Shown in pieces: positions 1-10,335 of a stretch of 64,000 nucleotides of DNA. Source of the stretch: an uncultured virus (IMG/VR IMGVR_UViG_3300036766_000780) (Duplodnaviria > Heunggongvirae > Uroviricota > Caudoviricetes). The notes under the pieces were generated by a model. It worked only from the letters and a program-made list of their open reading frames with translations. It did no database searches and was not told where the DNA came from. The stretch is from the IMG/VR virus record IMGVR_UViG_3300036766_000780. One strand, given 5' to 3'. The position numbers were made by a program, and so were the translations under genes. Numbering within the stretch: position 1 is the first letter of the stretch; the number at the start of each line of letters is the position of its first letter.

Positions 1-442
1 TAAATAAGCTACCAATCCTAACTTCATCTCCAACAACAACTCCTCCAGAAATCAAAGCAAGTGGAGTACCGGCAACTGAAGAAAAAGTCATAAGAGGACC
101 ATTTTTAGTAACCGTTACTTGTGTGGTAGCGTCGTGACCTTCAGATCTTGGAGTCCTAAATAAAGGAAGGGTGCCTGAGTTATATTGTATAACGTAGGTA
201 TTTGACGACCCGCTTTTTGCAGATATGTTATAAGTAGTTGTATTGTCGTCAGAAATAGAAACTACGCCGGAAAATAACTCTAAAGATTGACCTGATTGTA
301 ATTTCAATGACTTAGCTGATGGCTCTTCTATTGATATACCCTGTAGGTCGGTTGTCCATTTGACTAAATTTCTGGTTGGAGAGTTTGTAGAGTTATCATC
401 GTCATATCCATTTATAGCTATAAGAAGGTTCAAAAGGCTCAT
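1..442 (-). CDS. Putative virion structural protein, 3' end outside window
   Basis: Hand translation from ATG at 442 (MSLLNLLIAINGYDDDNSTNSP...) stays open to the window edge; GGAG RBS; AATCTTA motif upstream; S/T/G-rich, beta-strand-like. Confidence 0.65.
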   Translation of the reverse strand, partial: MSLLNLLIAINGYDDDNSTNSPTRNLVKWTTDLQGISIEEPSAKSLKLQSGQSLELFSGVVSISDDNTTTYNISAKSGSSNTYVIQYNSGTLPLFRTPRSEGHDATTQVTVTKNGPLMTFSSVAGTPLALISGGVVVGDEVRIGSLF

Positions 443-533
443 TTTATCTCCGATTTGGGGTATAATTATAAGATTGCGATTTTTTAGACCATTTTTTTGA
501 TCAAAATCTATATATTCTTCTCAAACTCACCTA

Positions 534-3500
534 TTAATACCACAAAACACGTTTTTTCGTCTTGTTTTTGTCGTTTTCTCCAGCATTTTTGTCGCCAGGA
601 GCAAGTTCTTTAACTTTATTGATCATGATGCTTTTATTTGCTTCATCTGCTGTTTCTTTAACCGATCTTTTTACTTCTGTGCGATTTCCTGTAGATTGAG
701 TGAACATAATCTTACCTCCCTTATTGAAAAGATTTTGGAAAGGATACCTGATACTATCCATGATGTCGGATATACCATCGCTATCGTGAAACGGCATACC
801 TTCTATAACATCTCCCTTGGCATCCAGCTTCCATTTATATTCACCAAAGGCATCTATTATCATCTTATTTTCAGGCGTGTTTAAAACAAATAATCGTCTA
901 TTTCCATTAGAATCAACTATCCTTGATTGAACCGCTGTTATACCATCCACAACTACTTTAGTAAATTCAGGACACATAATCCCGTTTCTTTTTAAGGTTT
1001 TTATATAAGCCGGATAAGCTTGATCTACATACCATTTTTCTATTTTCCATTTATCATTTAGTTCCTTACAGGCTTTTACTATATCGTCTAGTTCTAGCTT
1101 ATTTTCTAAGAATGAGTCAACTATCCAGACCTCTCCGTTCGGTAAAAGAGCTAAAACCATCAAAGAAGTAAAATCGGTATAACCCCAATCTGCTCCGCCT
1201 ATAAACGTTATACCTAAATTTAATAGATAATTTCTTAGCACTTCAAAATTAGAAACTACTTGTTTTTCTCCTAATAATCTTTCTATAGCGGCATCTACGC
1301 TTAATACGTTTTTTAAATTATCAAATCTAGGATAAACTAAGCCGGAACTTGAAGGTTTTTTACACAAAAGCTGTGCGTTTGCCATGTCAATGGGTAATTG
1401 TTTAAAATTGTTACGAACGGCAGATAGAGGCTTATATAATGCAGTTTTACTGACTTTCGGTCTTCCCACTAGATAATGTCTCATTACGGGTAACATTGGG
1501 TGTTTAGCTATACCAGCATAAGCCTCAAACCTTTCGTAATCATTCTTATTTTCATGAGAAAGCTTGTTCCAATCTTCTTCGCTAATATTACTCATCGGAA
1601 GCTCTGGAGTAATATATCTTACAACTTTAGGCTCATCGACTTTTGCTGTTTCGTTACTTATGGGTTGAGTGATATCTATAATATTCCATCTTAATAATAT
1701 ACCTCCGGCATCTGCGGTTTGCCGTATTGTTTTTTCCATGAGTCCGCCAGCAAATTTTCTAGTAGACAAATAAACAGTAAGGGGAAAATATTGTTTATAC
1801 GTAGAGGGGATCATTTTCGCTTCATCTAATGCTTTAGGATTTTGAATCAAATCCAACTCGTCTACTACGAGTAGAGGGGTGTGATCTGAGTTATGAACTA
1901 GGATATTATTTGCAAAAAAAGATTTTAAATGCTCATCCTTAGTATCAATAGATATATCAAAAAGCTCTCTATACCCTAGATATATAATTTTTGAAACTTT
2001 TAAAGTAAGTTGATTTCTTATTTTTTTTGAATAATCTCTATATTTTTTTCTATTTTTCTCTATTTTAGAAATACTCCAATAAAATCCATTATGACTTGAA
2101 TTATCTTTTAACGTAGTTGCCTTAGCTGTATCTATGAATCTCCTAAATCTAATATGAGACAATGGCGTCCGTAGCTTATATATTAAACTTTTAACAAAAT
2201 ATGGTCTTAACATTTCACTAAAAAATCTAGAATCATTTTTTTCTATTCTAATTATTGGATATATTTTTTTGCTAGAATTGGTGGTTGAATATAGGTATGA
2301 CGATATATTAAATTCTTTCAATTTATTTATTATTAAATTATTTTCTTCTTCATTGAATGAACATGTTGCGATATCTAAATAGCCTTCTTTACAAATACCT
2401 ATTGTCTTATGATTTGCCATTCCATCATCCATTATGAAATATGCAAACCCCTCTATGTCCAATCTGTCCATCCATTCTTTAGTTACTTTTTTTCTGCCAT
2501 CTTTGTGTGTTATTTGTGATATATGTTTAAAAATAGGGTATGTTTTTGTTATTATTTTTTTTGTATAATATTTTTTATTCTTAAATACTTTATAATGAGT
2601 ATACTCTCTAAATTCTATATTATTTTTTTTAAAAATTTCTTTAATTTCATCTAAATATTCTGATTGATCGGGCGAATGTGTTACTTGATATCTTACACTA
2701 CCACTTGGCAATATATCTAAAGAGGCATCTCCTAACAATGTACCTAATATTACTTGTTTTAGGTTTCTTTCATATTTAATTTCTTTTCCACATACTTTTG
2801 TTTCTATAGAAATATCGCCCTTGGGTATCGTTAAGGTTCCTATTTTTAATTGATCGGCAGTTATCCATCCTCTATTAGTAAATATCTGATGATCTGTACT
2901 ACAAATCAAATTACTACCGTCTTCAAAATATATTTCTATAGTAGGCTTTATAGTGGGTCCTACAAATTTTATACTTTGATAAATTCTTGTGTTATTTCTA
3001 TAATCATGAGTAAGAATTTTATCTTCTAATGATACTTCACATATTTTTTTATCTCCATTTTTAGTAGTTACTATTGTATTACGATCTAAACAATTAGTTC
3101 CTTGCATGGTAGCTACTAATAATTTTAAATATATATTTTCATTGTCAGGGGTAATCCATTCTATTTTTCTTTTATTATCCGATACCTTTTGCCATCCATT
3201 TTTTTCTAAATAAAATTTTATTTTCTTAAAAAAAGTATTAACATAGCTAATTGCTTTTTCACTCTGAGAAAGGATAGAAGAAAGATGACATATTGATATT
3301 TTAAAATGAATCATAGTTAAAACTTCTATGATTGCTGCGCTCAAGGTTTTAAATGAATCTCTGGAGGACAGCATCGTTACTTGGGGAATGTCTGCGCTTT
3401 TTCCCGTCTTAATTAAATTATATATCTCCCACATAGCTTCTACGGGAGAACTATTAGATTCTGGATAAACGTGCCCCATAGGCATATCCATGTCTAGATA

Positions 3501-3593
3501 TAGATATATCCATTCCTTTAATTCTTCGGCAGAATTTAAAGGAGCTAAAATAGTATCTATCTTAATTTTTTCAATTTCTTCGTTACTTATCAT
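534..3593 (-). CDS. terL: Terminase large subunit, interrupted by an intein
   Basis: Walker A-like SSRDSFKT, Walker B LLVVDELD, RNase H-like nuclease motifs GADWGYTD and DIMDSIRY. Confidence 0.9.
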   Translation of the reverse strand: MISNEEIEKIKIDTILAPLNSAEELKEWIYLYLDMDMPMGHVYPESNSSPVEAMWEIYNLIKTGKSADIPQVTMLSSRDSFKTLSAAIIEVLTMIHFKISICHLSSILSQSEKAISYVNTFFKKIKFYLEKNGWQKVSDNKRKIEWITPDNENIYLKLLVATMQGTNCLDRNTIVTTKNGDKKICEVSLEDKILTHDYRNNTRIYQSIKFVGPTIKPTIEIYFEDGSNLICSTDHQIFTNRGWITADQLKIGTLTIPKGDISIETKVCGKEIKYERNLKQVILGTLLGDASLDILPSGSVRYQVTHSPDQSEYLDEIKEIFKKNNIEFREYTHYKVFKNKKYYTKKIITKTYPIFKHISQITHKDGRKKVTKEWMDRLDIEGFAYFIMDDGMANHKTIGICKEGYLDIATCSFNEEENNLIINKLKEFNISSYLYSTTNSSKKIYPIIRIEKNDSRFFSEMLRPYFVKSLIYKLRTPLSHIRFRRFIDTAKATTLKDNSSHNGFYWSISKIEKNRKKYRDYSKKIRNQLTLKVSKIIYLGYRELFDISIDTKDEHLKSFFANNILVHNSDHTPLLVVDELDLIQNPKALDEAKMIPSTYKQYFPLTVYLSTRKFAGGLMEKTIRQTADAGGILLRWNIIDITQPISNETAKVDEPKVVRYITPELPMSNISEEDWNKLSHENKNDYERFEAYAGIAKHPMLPVMRHYLVGRPKVSKTALYKPLSAVRNNFKQLPIDMANAQLLCKKPSSSGLVYPRFDNLKNVLSVDAAIERLLGEKQVVSNFEVLRNYLLNLGITFIGGADWGYTDFTSLMVLALLPNGEVWIVDSFLENKLELDDIVKACKELNDKWKIEKWYVDQAYPAYIKTLKRNGIMCPEFTKVVVDGITAVQSRIVDSNGNRRLFVLNTPENKMIIDAFGEYKWKLDAKGDVIEGMPFHDSDGISDIMDSIRYPFQNLFNKGGKIMFTQSTGNRTEVKRSVKETADEANKSIMINKVKELAPGDKNAGENDKNKTKKRVLWY
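1890..3092 (-). mobile_element. Intein (401 aa) with LAGLIDADG endonuclease in TerL
   Basis: GTN|CLDRNT start, STDH block B, ILVHN|S end; LAGLIDADG-like VILGTLLGDASL and FAYFIMDDG. Confidence 0.92.
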
Positions 3594-3970
3594 TTAGATC
3601 CAAAAAATAACCATCTTAATCTTTGCAAGAAAGTTTTATTATTCTTTTCTAATTCTTCCATTCTAAGAAAAAGCATATCGACCCGACCATTAACTTGTTG
3701 AGCCTTATGAACAGCGGATTCAACCCTATTACACACTCCCTGTTCCCTAGATTCTAATCCGTTTAGTTTAGGAAGCATGAGTCTCATTCCCTTAATCGCC
3801 CTTAATGCCAATTCCTTAGTATCTACCTCTTTCTCTTCTCTTTTATAATTAGCGGCTAATTTCTTTTCAGCTTCTTTTAAACTTACTTGATTAATTTTGG
3901 CGTATTCTTTAGCGGCTTCTTTTAACGCTTCTAATTGTTCTGTTTCTTCGTTATAACTACGATTGTCCAT
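3590..3970 (-). CDS. Hypothetical coiled-coil protein overlapping the terL start
   Basis: ORF track; 4-nt overlap with terL. Confidence 0.6.
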   Translation of the reverse strand: MDNRSYNEETEQLEALKEAAKEYAKINQVSLKEAEKKLAANYKREEKEVDTKELALRAIKGMRLMLPKLNGLESREQGVCNRVESAVHKAQQVNGRVDMLFLRMEELEKNNKTFLQRLRWLFFGSK

Positions 3971-4116
3971 TAGAATTTCCTTGTTTTTTAATTTTATTTT
4001 TTAATCTTTTTCCGCCTCTTCCTCTATCCTAACATTATTATTTCCCATATCCCTAGCATATTTTGAACTCAAATCCGTAATTGCAAGTTCTCTTAATTCA
4101 ATTGTCATAAAACTCC

Positions 4117-5874
4117 TTATTGGCGTAAATTAGCCTCATTAATTAAATCTTCTGCGTTATCTAAACTTCTATTAAAGTTAATCTCATCTCTAGTATCTTG
4201 TATTTCTAATGCATTATTTCTAAAAAATACGACCATTCCACCCAATGTTCCCATTACAGAGGATATAGAGATCGCATTACTTAATGCTTGTTTGATAGCC
4301 AGGGTAGCATCAAATAATCCTAATTCTTCAGCATCACCGTATACGTGATTTTCTACATCATAAACTATAGATTCATCGTTTGCTAATTTATTCTGTATCA
4401 CATTTATATCTTCTAGATTATACCCTGCATTTTGTAATAACTTATGAAAAGGAGCTATTAAAGAAGGAGAGACAACTTTTTCAAATATGTAACAATCTGG
4501 ACTATTTAAAATCATGTTTATAAGAACCCTGCATCCTCCAGGAAGACATCCATGAGAAATAGCGGCTCTAACCGCACAAACAGCATCTTCAGCTCTATCA
4601 GAGCTTTCTTTAAGTTCTCCGTTAGAAGATCCATATATCTTTAATTGTGCTATACCGCTAGTAAGTTTACCTAGCCTTTCTTCTAATAAGATTTTCTCTA
4701 TCTTGGATTCGGATTGTTCTATTTGTTTCTTAATAGTGTCTGCTCTTAACTCAATATTAATGGACTCTGATTCTCCGACTAAAGTAGTTCTAAATCTATA
4801 TAATTCTATCTTTTCCATATTTTTACCAAAATCCTTCTCGGTAAACTCAGACAGAGAATTGTTCATGTCGAAAACCTTAGCTCCCGTAAACGCAGAGATA
4901 TCCATGAGAAAGTTTGTCTGAGAGTTAATTATCTGACTTATAGGAGTTCTTAAGGGAACTATATTTATAGTGCCAGGATTAGGAAAGTTAAAAGCTAACG
5001 TAGTTAAGACTTGATCAGAAAAACCATGGGCAACTAGGACTACGTTTTTAAACTCAGAATTACCTTCCACATAAGCCCTACCTATTGATTGTAGAATATC
5101 ATTCACCTGAACCATGTCGTTTACGGCTCCATCAAATAATATAAACAAGGGCTTATCTAATATACATCTTTGATTAGCTTGATCATTTATAAACGCCGGG
5201 TGAAATTTACCTATAGACTCTTCATACCCTCTTTCAATAGGGAACCCCTCTACTAGGTTAACGCCGAACGTTCCCCCCTTACCGGATAGTTCTTGTATGG
5301 TTACGTGAGAAGAACTAGAAAAGCCAGTTAACTCAAAAGCTTCCATAACAGCCCTAGCCATTTTTTTATCACCATTTGCTGAAATGGTAGCTACTTTTTC
5401 TAACAAATATCTATTTTTATTTTTAACAGCAATTGAGCTTTTTTCAATATATGGAATCATAAAATCGTTTAAATGACCGTTTATGATCCTAACAACTCTT
5501 TGAGGGCTTTCTTTTGGATTTTCTTTGCAAAATTTAAGAAGATTCTTTGTTAACTCAGCGGCTATAATAGTAGCCGTAGTGGTTCCATCTCCAGCTTCGT
5601 TAACCGTTCTTACCGCTACGTCTCTTGTCTGTTCTGTTATAAGGTGTTTATAGGCATTTTCATATCCTAAAGCCCTAAAGATGGTAACTCCGTCTTTAGT
5701 GTTTTTATTAGGGATTTCTGGAAGATCTGATTCTATGATGATGTTCCTACCGCCAGGACCAAGAGAATGTCCTACGATTGATGAGATTTCGTCTAAAGTT
5801 TCTACAACTATCTTTTGTATCTTATTGATATCACTCAAAAACATCTTGGCTGGGGTTTTGACTTTTCTGCTCAT
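4117..5874 (-). CDS. groEL: Phage chaperonin (GroEL/Cpn60 family)
   Basis: SLGPGGRN, TKDGVT, AGDGTTTAT and LPGG motifs. Confidence 0.93.
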   Translation of the reverse strand: MSRKVKTPAKMFLSDINKIQKIVVETLDEISSIVGHSLGPGGRNIIIESDLPEIPNKNTKDGVTIFRALGYENAYKHLITEQTRDVAVRTVNEAGDGTTTATIIAAELTKNLLKFCKENPKESPQRVVRIINGHLNDFMIPYIEKSSIAVKNKNRYLLEKVATISANGDKKMARAVMEAFELTGFSSSSHVTIQELSGKGGTFGVNLVEGFPIERGYEESIGKFHPAFINDQANQRCILDKPLFILFDGAVNDMVQVNDILQSIGRAYVEGNSEFKNVVLVAHGFSDQVLTTLAFNFPNPGTINIVPLRTPISQIINSQTNFLMDISAFTGAKVFDMNNSLSEFTEKDFGKNMEKIELYRFRTTLVGESESINIELRADTIKKQIEQSESKIEKILLEERLGKLTSGIAQLKIYGSSNGELKESSDRAEDAVCAVRAAISHGCLPGGCRVLINMILNSPDCYIFEKVVSPSLIAPFHKLLQNAGYNLEDINVIQNKLANDESIVYDVENHVYGDAEELGLFDATLAIKQALSNAISISSVMGTLGGMVVFFRNNALEIQDTRDEINFNRSLDNAEDLINEANLRQ

Positions 5875-5916
5875 TTAGGCTCCTTTTAAATACTTTTGTA
5901 ATAATACCATAAAATG

Positions 5917-5945
5917 TTGACAGATTTACACATTAGTTGTATAAT
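5917..5945 (+). promoter_or_regulatory. Consensus sigma70 promoter
   Basis: TTGACA (5917-5922), 17 nt, TATAAT (5940-5945). Confidence 0.8.
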
Positions 5946-5951
5946 ACTGAT

Positions 5952-6068
5952 ATGAAATTAGATTTAATCAAAGAAAAAATTAAAATGATTATTTTTTGTA
6001 CTATTGCATTATTAGGTATGCAATTAGGAAAATTTATCTCAGAATTTATGATGTCTTTGATTTCTTAA
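5952..6068 (+). CDS. Small hydrophobic peptide (38 aa), probably leaderless
   Basis: MKLDLIKEKIKMIIFCTIALLGMQLGKFISEFMMSLIS; ATG 6 nt after TATAAT. Confidence 0.5.
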   Translation: MKLDLIKEKIKMIIFCTIALLGMQLGKFISEFMMSLIS

Positions 6069-6696
6069 AATTAAAAACCATAGGCTTGTTTGTGGGTCTA
6101 TATTGTTCATCGCATATAGATGCATTTATATAAGTCATATTACCTTCTTTGTGAATCCCATATCCGCAATGAATGTGTCCACTTACGTGTAGTTGTAGAT
6201 TTTTTAAATCATATATCTTTTTAGCTAGGTCCAGGCATCCAACGTGTTCTCCATGAACATAATCTAATATACCCTGAACAGGACCGTGGGTCACTAATAT
6301 ATCTATATCTAAGGGTATTTTATCCCAGTGTTTCCTTATTTCCTCTCCTCTGTGTCTATTATACGCCCAATTACAAAAAAAAGGCGTAATTGCCGAACAC
6401 CAAATTTTAGCATTATCTATCTCTACTAATCCCTCTTCTATAAAGTATACTCCTGGACAAGCCTCCTCTGCAATTTGTTTAGATAAGCTAAAATTCTTTT
6501 CTACTCCTAGTTCATGATTACCCTGAACCGAAATTATAAACTTAGCATCTTGTTTATTGAGCCATTCATGAAATTTTCTAACTTCTTCTAATGTACCCCT
6601 AAAACTATAATCACCACAACTAATTAAAATATCACATTTAGGTATTTTTATATCGTTAAATCTACAATGAGTATCGCTTATGCAGACTATCTTCAC
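6046..6696 (-). CDS. Calcineurin-like metallophosphoesterase
   Basis: SDTH, CGD, GNHE, THGP and GHIH motifs. Confidence 0.92.
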   Translation of the reverse strand: MKIVCISDTHCRFNDIKIPKCDILISCGDYSFRGTLEEVRKFHEWLNKQDAKFIISVQGNHELGVEKNFSLSKQIAEEACPGVYFIEEGLVEIDNAKIWCSAITPFFCNWAYNRHRGEEIRKHWDKIPLDIDILVTHGPVQGILDYVHGEHVGCLDLAKKIYDLKNLQLHVSGHIHCGYGIHKEGNMTYINASICDEQYRPTNKPMVFNFKKSKTS

Positions 6697-7763
6697 CCTA
6701 ACCCCAACGGTCCCTTAGTAGAGGTTATAAAGGCATCTTTAAATCTTTTCTTATGATTAACTAATTGATCTACAGCTTCATCTATGGTTATATCATCTAA
6801 ATCGCACCTGTCAACACACTCCTGTAGATGGGCGATAGAAAATACATTCTTTGCGGCTATTTCTGCGGATTTAATTTCTTTTTCGTCTAAAACGTCTTTT
6901 TCTAACATAAATTTTAAAAGATCCATAAACTCTTTAGCGTTGGGTGTTTTTAGTTCTATAACCTTATCAAATCTTCCAGGTCTATCTACTAATGCTCCTA
7001 CGCTGTTTTCTGGATTATTCGTTGTTCCCATTATAAAAGTAGGAACTCCTTTAAAGGGTCTTCCAACTCCATCTAATAAATTTAATAGTGAGGATTCAGA
7101 GGTTTTTCTATATCCTCCATCATTTTCTGTCACTCCTCCCTCAATATCTTCTATCACCAAAATTAATTTTTTAACATCTTTCGCAAAGACGCTGTCGTTA
7201 ATAAAAAACTCATTAACTTCTGATGACTTAATAGAAGATGTATCCCATATTATAACTGTAGTTCCTGGTTCTTTTAGAAATTGACGACACACTGTGTTTA
7301 CATTTGAAGATTTTCCAGCGCCTGGCAAGGAACATAACAATATAGCTCTTTTGGGTTCTCTTTTCCTTTTCTCATAAACATGAAGCCTAGAGAAAAATTT
7401 ATCAGCTTCAGCTAATATGATCTTACTGCTGTCTATTGATTTTAATAACTTATATTCTCTCAATTCTATTTTTTTTAATACTAGTTCTGATTTTTCATAA
7501 GAAAAATTAAAACATCCTGGTTTTATTTGTATCTTAGGGGTTTCTTCGTTCTCATTTTCTTCATAATCAAACTGAATTATAGCGTCTTCTTTGGTAAGTT
7601 GTATAGTGAGATCTGATTGAGGAAGTTCTGATTTCTCTTTTAGGTCTTTTAGAGAGGTGATTTTCCTTACTACGAACTTACCCTTGTTATTTCCTGTTTT
7701 GGAAACATTAGGAGAAAAATCATCTAATATGTCTTGAAGTTCCCTATCAGACGGTAGACTCAC
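6693..7763 (-). CDS. AAA+ ATPase
   Basis: PGAGKS Walker A, VIEDIE Walker B, TTN sensor, DRPGRFD. Confidence 0.9.
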   Translation of the reverse strand: MSLPSDRELQDILDDFSPNVSKTGNNKGKFVVRKITSLKDLKEKSELPQSDLTIQLTKEDAIIQFDYEENENEETPKIQIKPGCFNFSYEKSELVLKKIELREYKLLKSIDSSKIILAEADKFFSRLHVYEKRKREPKRAILLCSLPGAGKSSNVNTVCRQFLKEPGTTVIIWDTSSIKSSEVNEFFINDSVFAKDVKKLILVIEDIEGGVTENDGGYRKTSESSLLNLLDGVGRPFKGVPTFIMGTTNNPENSVGALVDRPGRFDKVIELKTPNAKEFMDLLKFMLEKDVLDEKEIKSAEIAAKNVFSIAHLQECVDRCDLDDITIDEAVDQLVNHKKRFKDAFITSTKGPLGLG

Positions 7764-7987
7764 ATTATATCCTTATCTTCAGTGAATCTATAAGAAGAAT
7801 CTGCGCTTAGATATTCTTTGTTTATACCGATTTGATCTTTTAAAAGAGGTTCTCTTCGTTGAAAGTCTGAGTTAAGCAAGAGATATTCTTTTTGAATACG
7901 CCAATGATCTATAAGATTTCTCTTTTTAGAAAAATGATTATACTTGCCAGCATATAAAAAACGTTGTTTTTTTTCTTTTATCCCCAT
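7760..7987 (-). CDS. Hypothetical protein
   Basis: ORF track; overlaps both neighbours as in an operon. Confidence 0.55.
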   Translation of the reverse strand: MGIKEKKQRFLYAGKYNHFSKKRNLIDHWRIQKEYLLLNSDFQRREPLLKDQIGINKEYLSADSSYRFTEDKDIM

Positions 7988-8490
7988 ATTTTTTTCTTCC
8001 TTTCTTCTATTATTTTATTGACAGATGTTTCTGCTATCTCTATAGCTTCCTTCATTTCTACAGCTTTGTCCATCTCTTTCATCTTAACATCGGCTTGTTT
8101 TTGTATTTTTTTCTCTATGTGTTTTTCTATTTTTATACCAAGCCCTTCGTTTATTTTATCCTGTATGTCTTTTAGCTTTAATTCGTAGTGTTTTACTCTA
8201 ATTTTAGCTAATTCCAATAGATAGAACGTTTCATTAGCTTCTAGTTCAAGTTCCGTAGGAGGACGTCCATTTTTCAATTCTCTATATTCTACGTTACAAG
8301 GTACTTTATTAGCCCAGTTATGAGGAATTTCTTTCTTATTTACGGTGTAATCGGCAACTCTAGATTGCCTTCCTGTATACACACATACAATTTCTTCTTT
8401 CTTGTCACTCATAATATAAAAGGAAGCTATGGTAACAAACAAGGAGGAGGAAGAGAAATAACCCATAGCTTCTAGGACATTATACCACAA
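7978..8490 (-). CDS. Hypothetical protein; true start probably at MGYF or MSDK
   Basis: The ORF-track start overlaps a TGGTATAAT promoter element. Confidence 0.55.
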   Translation of the reverse strand: MWYNVLEAMGYFSSSSLFVTIASFYIMSDKKEEIVCVYTGRQSRVADYTVNKKEIPHNWANKVPCNVEYRELKNGRPPTELELEANETFYLLELAKIRVKHYELKLKDIQDKINEGLGIKIEKHIEKKIQKQADVKMKEMDKAVEMKEAIEIAETSVNKIIEERKKKIWG

Positions 8491-8507
8491 AAATAGGGGT
8501 TAGGCAA

Positions 8508-10175
8508 TTAAGAGCCATAAGAAACATTAACCAAGTCCTTCTGCCAAACTTTTTTACCACAATCCCAAATACGCTCATATCCTATAGATTTCGCCATTTC
8601 GTTTTCAGTATTACCTATAGCTCCTTTTCTAGCTAAGTCAGCTTTTTTACATGCTTGTTTTTGAATTCTACGTTGGATAGGTCCTTCTTGATAAACATAA
8701 GAGTAGTCTTGTCTATATTCATTTATTAACGTAAATCCTAACTTTTTATATACATTTCCTTGGCTCCAACGGTTATCTGACCAAGATACTATCTTATCAA
8801 ATCCACAGCTTTTTGCCGATATCTCTAAGGCTTTTAATAATCTAGAGGCTCCTCCTACTATATTATATCCGTCTTTAAAGGCAAGTCTATTTAATATTAA
8901 AGTTTTTCGTTCATCGTTGATTCTATGGTGCTTACTTCCTGTCATTACAGCTACCAATTCATTGTTATAATATAAGCCAAAAGACATGACATGTTTAGCC
9001 TTTCCTTGAATATGATTTTCATTTAAAAAATTTTTAGCGATATCTGGATCTTGTATGGCTCTTACTTCACATTTTCTGGCATATATAGTATGTTCATTTT
9101 TCTTTAAAACTGATTTTAAAAAATTTTTAATTTGGTTCTGTCTGTCTCTCCATTCATCTTCAAATATAGTTATAAGTCTAATTCCATTTTCTTCTGCCAT
9201 TCTCATCTTATCAATATGAGATCTTTGACCTCCGCCAGCTCTATGTAAATTAGATTCTTTATGCCAATATAATCCACAATATTCAATTCCTAGATTTAAT
9301 TCTGGTATATAAATATCAATCTCCTTTCCTTTTGTTTTTCCCTTGAACCTATATCTTTCAGATTTAAAGCCTAAAGAATCTATCCAATCTTTTATAGCTA
9401 TTTCTGTTTTTGAAATTCCTATGTTATTGCATGTAGGGCAATCTTGTGCAAAAAAGTTAGAAAATCTATTTATTCTTTCTTTTCCACATTTTTTACAGAC
9501 AGCTTTTAGAGAGTGTCTCTTTATAGAATAGCTTTCTTTTATTAATGTATATCCTAATTTATCTAATTTATCCTCTATTTCTTTTAGAGATACTATAGAT
9601 CCACATTTATTCTTAGGATTTCCCTGATATAATTTAGATGAAATTTTATAATAAAAAGAACCGTCTTCTGCTTCTATTTTATATTTACCGTTCTCGAATC
9701 CTACTATCTTGCCAGAGCCATCAGGGATTCTAGATTGAGCTGATTCTAAACTTAATGTTTTATCTATTAATGCAGCTTCTTGGTGTGTTCTTAAGACACT
9801 TTCTAATCCCTTTTGAATAAGAAATTCTTTTGAATTGCCTGCATGTAATCCTAGTTCCTTGCATATATGTTTTAAAATTATTTTTGTATTGTTTTTATAT
9901 GCTTCTTCGCTTATTTCTATTAGTTTATCATATTTGTTTGTATTTTCTTTTGTTTTCCATTTATTTAAAATAATTCCATTTCTATTACAGAAATTAGTAA
10001 TAACCCCTCTAGACATAATCCATGTTTTATTAATTTCTTTTGTAATCTCTATTAAAGTATATCCCTCTTTAGACATTCTCTCAATAATTTTTATTACGTC
10101 TTCATTTAATTTAGTTATATTTGGCATAACATTTCTCCTTAAGGACACTATACCACGGAATAAGCGATAAGTCAA
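8508..10175 (-). CDS. Hef-like free-standing homing endonuclease (Zn ribbon, PD-(D/E)xK, C-terminal GNAT-like domain)
   Basis: CxxC pairs; EIDIYIPELNLGIEYCGLYWH; NHIQG...GGASRLL...SDNRWS..GNVYKKLGF; probable start MPNIT behind AGGAG. Confidence 0.78.
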   Translation of the reverse strand: MTYRLFRGIVSLRRNVMPNITKLNEDVIKIIERMSKEGYTLIEITKEINKTWIMSRGVITNFCNRNGIILNKWKTKENTNKYDKLIEISEEAYKNNTKIILKHICKELGLHAGNSKEFLIQKGLESVLRTHQEAALIDKTLSLESAQSRIPDGSGKIVGFENGKYKIEAEDGSFYYKISSKLYQGNPKNKCGSIVSLKEIEDKLDKLGYTLIKESYSIKRHSLKAVCKKCGKERINRFSNFFAQDCPTCNNIGISKTEIAIKDWIDSLGFKSERYRFKGKTKGKEIDIYIPELNLGIEYCGLYWHKESNLHRAGGGQRSHIDKMRMAEENGIRLITIFEDEWRDRQNQIKNFLKSVLKKNEHTIYARKCEVRAIQDPDIAKNFLNENHIQGKAKHVMSFGLYYNNELVAVMTGSKHHRINDERKTLILNRLAFKDGYNIVGGASRLLKALEISAKSCGFDKIVSWSDNRWSQGNVYKKLGFTLINEYRQDYSYVYQEGPIQRRIQKQACKKADLARKGAIGNTENEMAKSIGYERIWDCGKKVWQKDLVNVSYGS

Positions 10176-10279
10176 CTAAATTAATATTAAGATAGGTTAC
10201 ATAGGTAGATATAGATCATTGAATGATAATTTGATTAAAAATATTAATAGGTAAGTAAAGATCTTAATATGATACAAAT

Positions 10280-10305
10280 AAAAAAGCCCCCTAAAAAGGG
10301 GGCTT
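10280..10305 (-). terminator. Rho-independent terminator after the capsid gene
   Basis: AAGCCCCC/GGGGGCTT stem followed by a T tract on the minus strand. Confidence 0.85.
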
Positions 10306-10335
10306 AACTTATTGAAATTATTAAGTTTTAACTAA

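Noticed and set aside
3590..3970. Terminase small subunit
   Set aside because: Only its position supports this; no HTH or recognisable TerS motif.
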